Below, piece by piece: positions 8,304 through 15,365 of a stretch of DNA of 15,365 bases (positions are counted from its first letter, which is position 1; every line of letters starts with the position of its first letter). A model generated the notes under the pieces. The model saw nothing but the letters and a program-made list of their open reading frames with translations, did no database searches and was not told where the DNA came from. Origin of the DNA: Candidatus Eiseniibacteriota bacterium (lineage in GTDB: Bacteria; Eisenbacteria; RBG-16-71-46). Position numbers and translations under genes: made by a program. The stretch lies in contig JANLOX010000126.1 of NCBI GenBank assembly GCA_031366795.1, positions 1 through 15,365 of the forward strand, read 5' to 3'.

Positions 8304-8347
8304 TTCGCACCCTTACCTCGTACCGAGTTTCGACAAGGGCTGCTTCG

Positions 8348-8385
8348 ACGCTCATCACCTCCCGGGTGGTGAGCGTATAATTGTT
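8348..8385 (+). terminator. Stem-loop after the FlgD-Ig gene: possible intrinsic terminator, or operator overlapping a TATAAT
   Basis: ACGCTCATCACC (8348-8359) pairs with GGTGGTGAGCGT (8365-8376): 12 bp with one G-U and a 5-nt loop, followed by the AT-rich ATAATTGTT. The U-tract is weak. Confidence 0.45.
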
Positions 8386-8521
8386 GCCGGCGCCACCCTT
8401 CACGTGTCCTGCGACCCCGCTTCATGGGCGGAAACGTATTCCTCCACCATCCGACTCCGATGGCGAGCGCCCAATCGGTAGCCACCCGCGTTCTGCTCCA
8501 AGCTCGCAGGAGAATGATCAC

Positions 8522-10837
8522 GTGCCGGGACTGCTCACGCGCTACACGAGATGGCTCCACACCGGGTGGCCCGCCGGGCGCGTCGAGAAGCAGCCGATCG
8601 TCGGCACCGATGGGCGCACCAACGTCGCAGGGCTCTATATCTGCGGAGATCTCGCTGGCATCCCCCTGCTGAAGTTCGCCCTGGACTCGGGCGTACGAGC
8701 GGTACGCGCGATCAAGGAGGAACTGGGTTCCCCCCAGCGAAACAAGGATAACCAGCAGGACCTGATCATCATCGGCGCTGGCGTCGCGGGGATGGCAGCC
8801 GCGATCGAGGCGAAGCGCCAGGGACTGGCATTCAAAGTCTTCGAAACAGCAGAGCCGTTCTCGACGCTCGTCAACTTCCCGAAGGGCAAACCGATCTTCA
8901 CCTACCCCAAGGAGATGCACCCTGAGGGGGAATTACAGGTCAACGCATCAATCAAGGAAGCGCTGCTCGAGGAACTGAAGGGACAGGTCGCGCGTGCCGG
9001 GATAGTAGTTACCTCCGGGCGAGCAGAACGCATCGAGCGGCGCGGCGACGTGCTGAGCATCCATGTCCAGGGAGGCGGGACGCTTGACGCACGGAGCGTC
9101 CTGGTCGCGATCGGGCGGAGCGGTGATTTCCGTAAGCTCGACGTTCCCGGTGAGAAGCTCGAGAAAGTCTACAACCGGTTGCACGACCCCGCCGACTTTC
9201 GGGGACGAGACGTCCTCGTCGTCGGTGGTGGCGACTCGGCGCTCGAGGCAGCGGTTGCGTTGAGCGAGGCCGGCGCGCGGGCGACTCTCTCCTACCGAGG
9301 CAAGGAGTTGTCCCGCGCCAAGAGCGAGAATGTCGCCCGGGCCGAAGAACTCTCTCGCGCGGGCCGGCTCTCGCTGCGACTTGGAACACGGCTGAAGGAA
9401 ATCCGAGCCGGCGAGGTCGTGCTGCTCGGCGAAGGGGTCGAGCCGGAGACCCTCCCGAACGAAGTTGTCTTCAGCCTCATCGGTCGCGAGGCTCCCCTCG
9501 CGTTTCTTCGGCGCGCTGGCGTCCGCATCAGCGGGGACACCACTTGGAGCGGCCGGATCGCGCTGGTGCTGTTTATCGTCACACTCGCGTTCCTCTACGA
9601 CTGGAAGTCCTCGGGCTTCCTGGAGACCGGCCTCTGGTCCAAGTGGGGGTGGCCCTCGAACGTGCCCCAGCTCCTGTCGTCGCTCGGTTCGTGGTGGGCG
9701 GACCAGGTGGCGGACCGCAGCACGTTCGTCGGCACGGTTGCAGTGTCGATGAAGAGCCGCGCCTTCTACTACACGCTGCTCTACACCTCACTCGTCGGCT
9801 GGTTCGGCATCCAGCGCGCGCGCCGGCAGTCGACGCCTTACGTCGCCCGGCAGACGCTCAGCCTGTTCCTAGTTCAGGCAGTACCGTTGTTCATTCTCCC
9901 GGAGATCGTGCTGCCGTGGCTCGGCTACAACGGCGCCTTCGACCATGGCGCGGGCAAGACCATCGCAGACCATCTGTTTGAGAGCACCATCCCCGCCGCG
10001 GACTACGCGTCCCGCCACTGGCCGGATTGGGGGCATCCGCGAGCCTACTGGCGCGCCTATGGGTTCATCCTCGCGTGGCCGCTCAATGTCTACAACATCT
10101 TCACGCATCAACCCCTCTGGACGTGGATTGCCATCGGGTTCGTCCAGACGTTCGTGCTATTGCCGCTCGCGATCTATCGCTGGGGCAAGGGCGTGTACTG
10201 CGGTTGGATCTGTTCGTGCGGCGCTCTCGCGGAGACGCTCGGCGACACTCAGCGCACCAAGATGCCGCACGGGACGGGCTGGAATCGGCTGAACATGATC
10301 GGGCAGGTCTTCCTCGCCTTCGCCTTCGCCCTACTGGCGCTGCGGATTGCGGCCTGGGCGCTGCCCTCCTCGGGACTGGGAACGCTCTTCGACCTGCTTC
10401 TCGAGGGCAAGAACGCGGACCACCGCGTGGTCAATCCACTCAGCTACAAGTGGTTCGTCGACATCCTGTTCGGCGGCGTGATCGGCGTAGGGTTCTACTT
10501 CAAGTACTCGGGCCGCGTCTGGTGCAGGTTCGCCTGCCCGCTCGCGGCTCTGATGCACATCTACGCCCGCTTCAGTCGATTCGCGATCGTTCCTGAGAAG
10601 AAGAAGTGCATCTCATGCAATGTGTGCACGTCGGTCTGCCACCAGGGCATCGATGTGATGGCGTTTGCCAATCGCGGCCTGCCCATGCAGGACCCGGAAT
10701 GCGTGCGCTGCTCAGCATGCGTGCAGAGCTGCCCGACCGGTGTGCTGCAGTTCGGCGAGGTGGGCCGTGGCGGCCAACTGATCCGGTTGGATTCCCTCAT
10801 ATCGTCCCCGGTCATCGCGAGGGAAGGAAAGCTATAG
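8522..10837 (+). CDS. FAD/NAD(P)H oxidoreductase (TrxB/YpdA-like) fused to a NapH/YccM-like membrane 4Fe-4S protein
   Basis: TNVAGLYICGD, IIGAGVAG, LVAIGRSG..RKL.VPGE, VVGGGDSALEAA and LSYR, then multiple TM helices, YCGWICSCG, WCRFACP, CISCNVCTSVC and CVRCSACVQSCP. GTG 8522 follows AGGAG; 771 aa. Confidence 0.88.
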   Translation: MPGLLTRYTRWLHTGWPAGRVEKQPIVGTDGRTNVAGLYICGDLAGIPLLKFALDSGVRAVRAIKEELGSPQRNKDNQQDLIIIGAGVAGMAAAIEAKRQGLAFKVFETAEPFSTLVNFPKGKPIFTYPKEMHPEGELQVNASIKEALLEELKGQVARAGIVVTSGRAERIERRGDVLSIHVQGGGTLDARSVLVAIGRSGDFRKLDVPGEKLEKVYNRLHDPADFRGRDVLVVGGGDSALEAAVALSEAGARATLSYRGKELSRAKSENVARAEELSRAGRLSLRLGTRLKEIRAGEVVLLGEGVEPETLPNEVVFSLIGREAPLAFLRRAGVRISGDTTWSGRIALVLFIVTLAFLYDWKSSGFLETGLWSKWGWPSNVPQLLSSLGSWWADQVADRSTFVGTVAVSMKSRAFYYTLLYTSLVGWFGIQRARRQSTPYVARQTLSLFLVQAVPLFILPEIVLPWLGYNGAFDHGAGKTIADHLFESTIPAADYASRHWPDWGHPRAYWRAYGFILAWPLNVYNIFTHQPLWTWIAIGFVQTFVLLPLAIYRWGKGVYCGWICSCGALAETLGDTQRTKMPHGTGWNRLNMIGQVFLAFAFALLALRIAAWALPSSGLGTLFDLLLEGKNADHRVVNPLSYKWFVDILFGGVIGVGFYFKYSGRVWCRFACPLAALMHIYARFSRFAIVPEKKKCISCNVCTSVCHQGIDVMAFANRGLPMQDPECVRCSACVQSCPTGVLQFGEVGRGGQLIRLDSLISSPVIAREGKL

Positions 10838-10840
10838 CAA

Positions 10841-12364
10841 ATGGTCCAGTCATCGGTCGTGCTTCCCTGGCCCTGGACGGCAGCGGTGCTGGTCTTCGCC
10901 ACCGTCCAGGTGCTGCTGTTCCTCTATTCCGCCCACCGACTGCTCACATTGCGGCGTTGGGCGCGTGCCCGGCATCGGCCCCAACTCCCCCTGGTGGAAC
11001 CCGCCGAGTGGCCGCCGGTCACGGTCCAGTTGCCCGTCTTCAACGAGAGGGCGGTGGTGCATCGCCTGATCGATGCCACGGCTGCCCTGGACTACCCGGC
11101 GCATCGGCTGCAGATCCAGGTGCTGGATGATTCCACCGACGACACATTCGCCCGCGCCCGCGAGCGCGTCGGGTATTGGCGCCAACGGGGGGTCGCGATC
11201 GATTTGCTGCATCGTGACGACCGCGCGGGTTACAAGGCCGGTGCGCTCGCCGCGGGCCTGAAGCGTGCGAGTGGCTCGATCATCGTCGTGTTCGATGCCG
11301 ACTTCGTTCCCGCGTCCGACTTCCTGCGCCGAATCGTCCCGCGCTTCAGTGATCCATGCGTCGGGATGGTTCAGGCCAGATGGGGTCACCTGAATCGCGA
11401 GCGGTCCGCCCTGACCATCGCGCAGGCCACGATGCTGGACGCCCACTTCCTGCTCGAGCACGCAGCCCGGATGACATCCGGCCTGTTCTTCAACTTCAAC
11501 GGCACGGCGGGAGCATGGCGCCGAACCTGCATCGAGGACGCCGGGGGGTGGGCGCATGACACGCTGACCGAAGACCTCGACTTGAGCTACCGAGCGCAGC
11601 TGAAAGGCTGGCGGTTCCTCGCGGCCAACGACATCGAGGCCCCTGCTGAGCTGCCGGCGGACGTCCTGGCACTCAAGTCGCAGCAGCGGCGCTGGGCCAA
11701 GGGCTCGATCCAGACCGCGCGAAAGGTCCTGCCCGCGCTGATGAGTAGCGCCCTGCCCGCTCGCGTGAAGATTGAGGCCGTGGTCCATCTCACGGCCAAC
11801 GTCACGTATCCGCTACTCCTGATCTCGGGAATCTTGCTTCCTGCGGTTCTCGCGATTCCGAACTCACTCCCGTGGCGAATTGCGGTGCTCCTCGACGCGG
11901 GCGCGATTGTCTGCGGAGTCCTGCCCGTCGTGGCATTTCTCTACGCAGGCCAGGTGGCTGCGGGACGGAAGGCGGCAAGCCGGCCCCGCGATATCCTGTG
12001 CACGCTCGTGGTGGGTGCAGGGCTGACCCTCAACAACAGCGTGGCCGTGCTGGGTGGATTGAGAAAGCCGCTGGGTGATTGGGAGCGGACGCCGAAGACC
12101 GGTGAGACAGCAGGTGCGGCCGGTCGGCGCACGTACGCTTCCCGCCGCGATCCGGGCGCGGTGATTGAGATCCTGCTCGCGGCGTTCTTCTCGGGGGCCG
12201 CGGCGTTCGCCCTTCATGAAGGCCTATTTCGCTCGCTCCCATTCCTGCTGTTGCTCGCGGTTGGGCTTGGCACAGTCGGCGTCCAATCGGTCTGGCGGCC
12301 TGGGAACATGGAATTCATTCTCGGAAGGGTCGCTCTCGCCCGCCGGGCAGAGGATCGCGCATGA
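10841..12364 (+). CDS. Membrane GT2 glycosyltransferase, cellulose-synthase-like (CESA_CaSu_A2 type)
   Basis: VTVQLPVFNE, LDDSTD, GYKAGAL, FDADF, FNGTAG.WR, TLTEDLDLSYRAQL and QQRRWAKG (D,D,D,QxxRW), plus ERTPK and N- and C-terminal TM helices. Confidence 0.92.
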   Translation: MVQSSVVLPWPWTAAVLVFATVQVLLFLYSAHRLLTLRRWARARHRPQLPLVEPAEWPPVTVQLPVFNERAVVHRLIDATAALDYPAHRLQIQVLDDSTDDTFARARERVGYWRQRGVAIDLLHRDDRAGYKAGALAAGLKRASGSIIVVFDADFVPASDFLRRIVPRFSDPCVGMVQARWGHLNRERSALTIAQATMLDAHFLLEHAARMTSGLFFNFNGTAGAWRRTCIEDAGGWAHDTLTEDLDLSYRAQLKGWRFLAANDIEAPAELPADVLALKSQQRRWAKGSIQTARKVLPALMSSALPARVKIEAVVHLTANVTYPLLLISGILLPAVLAIPNSLPWRIAVLLDAGAIVCGVLPVVAFLYAGQVAAGRKAASRPRDILCTLVVGAGLTLNNSVAVLGGLRKPLGDWERTPKTGETAGAAGRRTYASRRDPGAVIEILLAAFFSGAAAFALHEGLFRSLPFLLLLAVGLGTVGVQSVWRPGNMEFILGRVALARRAEDRA

Positions 12365-13299
12365 AGACGACACTCTTGCTGGCTCTCGTAGCGATGGTGC
12401 TCCTGTACGGCATTTCGGCCGCCGCCGTCGCGGCGTCTGATCCGGAGTTCGCAGCCTACTGGCACGACGGCAAGGCGGAACTCGATGGCTACCGACTCAC
12501 GGTGGAGCGATACGGTCACACACGGCACGGCCGGGCCGTCGCGATCTATGTTACCGAGCCCTTCAGCCGGACCAATCACGTCAAGCTCGACGACCCTGCG
12601 AAGTCCCCGGGCGATGCGATCGACGTATTGAAGCTCAACCTGGTGCGGGACTTCCAGACCGGCATCTACGACTACCACACGGTGGTGTCGCTCTTCGTCG
12701 GCAGCGCGGATTTCGCACCGATAAAGATCGCCTTCAGCAGCTCGGAATGGTGTGGACAGGTGTACGAGGAGCTGAACTTCACTAGCTCCAAACTCTCGCA
12801 GCGTGTTTCCAGCTACTTCGAGGGAGAATCGTCCGAGCGGGAACTTGAGCTCCCCAGGGATGGCGTCCAGGAGGACGACCTGTTCATCCTCCTCCGCGGT
12901 CTGCGAGGGGCGTATCTGGGGCCAGGCGCAAAGCGCACCGTGCCTTTCCTGGCGAGTCCATTCTACCGGCGCCTGGCGCACCGCCCGACGGTATGGGCCA
13001 ACGCCACAATCGAGCGCCTCCCGAGCCCCGAGACCATTACCGTGCCGGCCGGGTCATTCACGACAAACGTCTTCATCGTTAGGCCCTCGGATGGTCGCGA
13101 GGGTCGATTTCACGTCGAGCGCGCGTATCCGCATCGCATCGTCAGGTGGGTGTGGAAGCCGGCCCCGTCGGGGAGTCCGCTGGGAGGCACCGACGCGGCA
13201 GAACTCGCCGGCAGCACGCGGCTCGAGTATTGGAAGACTCACGACCCGGGGGACGAGAAGTACCTCGAACGGCTCGGGCTCGGACCAGGAGTGAAATAG
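12361..13299 (+). CDS. Conserved exported protein of unknown function
   Basis: Signal peptide, then F..YW.DGKAEL..Y.L...RYG..R.G.AV.IYVTEPF, VLKLN..R.FQTGIYDY and SSSEWCGQVY. From memory this resembles a family often mislabelled 'septum formation inhibitor Maf'. ATGA overlap with GT2. Confidence 0.8.
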   Translation: MKTTLLLALVAMVLLYGISAAAVAASDPEFAAYWHDGKAELDGYRLTVERYGHTRHGRAVAIYVTEPFSRTNHVKLDDPAKSPGDAIDVLKLNLVRDFQTGIYDYHTVVSLFVGSADFAPIKIAFSSSEWCGQVYEELNFTSSKLSQRVSSYFEGESSERELELPRDGVQEDDLFILLRGLRGAYLGPGAKRTVPFLASPFYRRLAHRPTVWANATIERLPSPETITVPAGSFTTNVFIVRPSDGREGRFHVERAYPHRIVRWVWKPAPSGSPLGGTDAAELAGSTRLEYWKTHDPGDEKYLERLGLGPGVK

Positions 13300-13310
13300 C
13301 GCAAGTGGGG

Positions 13311-14063
13311 TCAGGTCCTCGGGCGTCGGCGTCGTGGGCTGTCCCCGCTCGCCGCGCCCGCGCGAGGCAAACGTGCGCCGAGGATCTTTCGGAGCACGTT
13401 TGCCACACGCGGAGCTGAGGAGGAGCGAACCCTTCCAGATTGCATGTCCCTCCACAGGCGACGAGCGTCCGCGGCGGTGTCGATGTCCTCCAGCGGAGCA
13501 AGCACCTCGACGGACACCCCAAGGGTCGACGCCCTGCGGAGAGTCTCCCGCAATACCCGCCGCGTGCTCCACGGCATTTCGGAGAACAACCGGATCCGCG
13601 CCTGGGTCATCCCGATTAGATAGTAGCCTCCGTCCGGCGAGGGGCCGAGCACCACGTCGTTGTCGTGGAGAGCCGCAAGGGCCTTCGACAGCACCCTTGG
13701 CGTGAGTCCGGGGACATCGCTGCCGACCAGTACGACACGGTCGAATCCCGCACGGAACGCCGATTTGAAGGCCGCCGACATCCTCGCCCCCAGATCCCCG
13801 CCTCGCTGCGGCTCGAGCCCAACATGCCTCCCGAGCCAGGCCCGGATGCTCCTGCCGGCTCTCGGAGGCGCGAAGCACACCCGCACCGCTACACCCTCGA
13901 ACCGATCGAGCCGCGCGAGCAGATCCTCGACCATGGCGCGATAGAGGTCGACTGCCTCGTCGGCGCTGAACCGTGGCATCAGGCGTGTCTTGACCGTGCC
14001 TGGCACCGGTGCCTTGAGAAACACGATGACTGCCGACCCGGATCTAATGAGTGGCCGCGTCAT
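13311..14063 (-). CDS. TIGR04282/DUF2064-type transferase (rSAM/selenodomain- and arsenosugar-associated transferase 1)
   Basis: FLKAPVPGTVKTRL, QRGGDLGARM, VVLVGSDVP, VLGPSPDGGYYLIG, PWST..VL..T and LEDIDT. ATGA overlap with the upstream GT87-like gene. Confidence 0.92.
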   Translation of the reverse strand: MTRPLIRSGSAVIVFLKAPVPGTVKTRLMPRFSADEAVDLYRAMVEDLLARLDRFEGVAVRVCFAPPRAGRSIRAWLGRHVGLEPQRGGDLGARMSAAFKSAFRAGFDRVVLVGSDVPGLTPRVLSKALAALHDNDVVLGPSPDGGYYLIGMTQARIRLFSEMPWSTRRVLRETLRRASTLGVSVEVLAPLEDIDTAADARRLWRDMQSGRVRSSSAPRVANVLRKILGARLPRAGAASGDSPRRRRPRT

Positions 14064-15199
14064 CGCTCAGTGACCCTTCCGAACGTTCCGCGCCCCCTCA
14101 CGGCCCCGACGATCAGCAGGGCGTAAAAGGGTACGTACTCCATCAGGCTTACCCAGAGCGGAAGTCTCCAGAATCCGGTGGCCTGGAACTCGACGAGGAC
14201 CAGATCAGCCAGCGGGGCCATCAGCACCAGCGCTAGAAGTGCTGGCTCGGGACGAAGGACCAGAAGCGGCAGTATCCATACGAGGTACCATGGATAGAGC
14301 GTCGATGTGCACACGACAAACGCGGCAAAGGCCAGGAGGCACCGATTCAGGAGGTCGGTGCCTCGGAAGGTGGCGACGAACACAAGCACCGCGAGCAATA
14401 TTGCCAGCGTGAGGTGAGCGAGCCCCGCCGGCATCACGGTCTCCACGAGCGCGGCCAGGCTGCCATTGAACGACCAGCGCGTCGCCATCACCCACATGGA
14501 GTCGAAAAGCCAGTGTCCCGCGCCGAGGAACGGAACATAGAAGAGGGCCACGGTCGACATCGCCGTCAGGAGAAGCAGCGTGCCCCGTCGGGGTCCGAGT
14601 TGCCTCATCGCTGCCGGCAGGAAGATCAGGGGCAGCGGTTTGATGAGGCATGCCAGCGCGAGGAATACCCCGGCCCACTTCGGTCGCGCACCCTGCACAT
14701 TTAGAACGAACAACGCCACGAACGGCAACCCGAGCAGGTCCAGATGCCCGGGCAGGTAGCCCTCGAAGATGAGCAGCGGGAGCCACGCCAGGAGCACGAG
14801 GCGCGAGTGGGGCAGCCCGCGTCGCTCGAGCGCCACGGCGAGTACGAGCCAGGTGACGATCTCGGCCAGCAGCGTAAGGACATGGAAGCCCCCGAGGCCG
14901 CCCGGGCTCAGGCGGTAGGCGATCGTGAACAGGCACTGCGCCAGTGGCGGATACACCGTGTGAAGCTCGGGATGATTGACCTGCCGGTCCAGGGCGTGCT
15001 CGCGTAGTCGGTCCAGTCGGGGATCGACTGGCGCGTAGAGGTAAGGATTCACCGCGTGGGCGAGCACCTTGCCATCCCAGTGATAGCGCGCAGCGTCGTC
15101 CGACAGTTCCCAACTCGAGCTCATGACGGCCAGGCGGCATGCGACGCCGATGAGCAGTACCAGGACGAGAGCGCCGCGACCCAGGCCCCTTCGCTCCAT
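14060..15199 (-). CDS. GT-C fold membrane glycosyltransferase (GT87/DUF2029-like)
   Basis: LSDDAARYHWDG, NPYLYAP, VNHP...TVYPPLAQ, GHLD, WSFNGS and YPWY, with many TM helices. ATG 15199 is preferred over 15259. Confidence 0.82.
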   Translation of the reverse strand: MERRGLGRGALVLVLLIGVACRLAVMSSSWELSDDAARYHWDGKVLAHAVNPYLYAPVDPRLDRLREHALDRQVNHPELHTVYPPLAQCLFTIAYRLSPGGLGGFHVLTLLAEIVTWLVLAVALERRGLPHSRLVLLAWLPLLIFEGYLPGHLDLLGLPFVALFVLNVQGARPKWAGVFLALACLIKPLPLIFLPAAMRQLGPRRGTLLLLTAMSTVALFYVPFLGAGHWLFDSMWVMATRWSFNGSLAALVETVMPAGLAHLTLAILLAVLVFVATFRGTDLLNRCLLAFAAFVVCTSTLYPWYLVWILPLLVLRPEPALLALVLMAPLADLVLVEFQATGFWRLPLWVSLMEYVPFYALLIVGAVRGRGTFGRVTER

Positions 15200-15333
15200 C
15201 GCCAGGCCAGTGCGAGGACGATCAGCCCGAGCACGATCGAGACGAGAACAACGCCCCATTCCCAGAAGGTCGGTGCGGAACTGACCACGCGGGACGAAGT
15301 CGCGGCGAGCGAGAGGAACATGGGGAGACTCAA
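15121..15333 (-). CDS. Possible small single-pass membrane protein
   Basis: TTG start overlaps the TGA of the upstream reading frame (TTGA). Contains the hydrophobic stretch WGVVLVSIVLGLIVLALAWRW, but overlaps the GT87-like gene by about 79 nt. Confidence 0.35.
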   Translation of the reverse strand: MSLPMFLSLAATSSRVVSSAPTFWEWGVVLVSIVLGLIVLALAWRWSEGAWVAALSSWYCSSASHAAWPS

Positions 15334-15365
15334 CGCCCCAGGACTTCGCGCAGCTTGGCTTTGAT
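15330..15365 (-). CDS. Probable 3' end of an upstream gene (...IKAKLREVLGR*)
   Basis: Open frame from the window edge to TGA at 15332-15330 with GC-rich third codon positions. Too short to identify. Confidence 0.4.
   Translation of the reverse strand: MKAKLREVLGR

Noticed and set aside
11229..11234. A fourth TGTAAC on the minus strand
   Set aside because: It lies inside the GT2 coding sequence (GYK codons), is antisense, and lacks both the following A and the downstream G(A/C)AC box.
10841..12364. Bacterial cellulose synthase bcsA operon
   Set aside because: There is no PilZ domain and no bcsB, bcsZ or bcsC neighbour. Only the generic D,D,D,QxxRW GT2 core is present.

Overview
GC-rich, gene-dense bacterial window that is almost entirely one expanded arsenosugar-biosynthesis (radical SAM/selenodomain-associated) gene cluster in four apparent transcription units. 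(1) Leftward: AhpD-like peroxidase, arsS radical SAM enzyme, DUF547, TIGR04283-type GT2 and DUF3047 (truncated at the left edge and missed by the ORF track). (2) Rightward and divergent from it: ECF sigma factor, zinc anti-sigma, Cys-loop PiT-family transporter, putative outer-membrane barrel and arsM. (3) After a standalone secreted FlgD-Ig-tail gene: a circularly permuted TrxR/YpdA-like flavoprotein fused to a membrane polyferredoxin, a cellulose-synthase-like GT2 and an exported conserved protein. (4) Convergent leftward: GT87/DUF2029-like membrane transferase and TIGR04282-type transferase. No arsR, arsC, arsB or acr3 is visible, so the locus looks biosynthetic rather than a resistance island. 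The most notable points are apparent ECF/ZAS control with a thrice-repeated TGTAACA-N15-G(A/C)AC motif, a translationally coupled transporter-arsM module, four glycosyl/nucleotidyl-type transferases, and the permuted oxidoreductase. All family calls come from motif recognition by eye; no database search was run.
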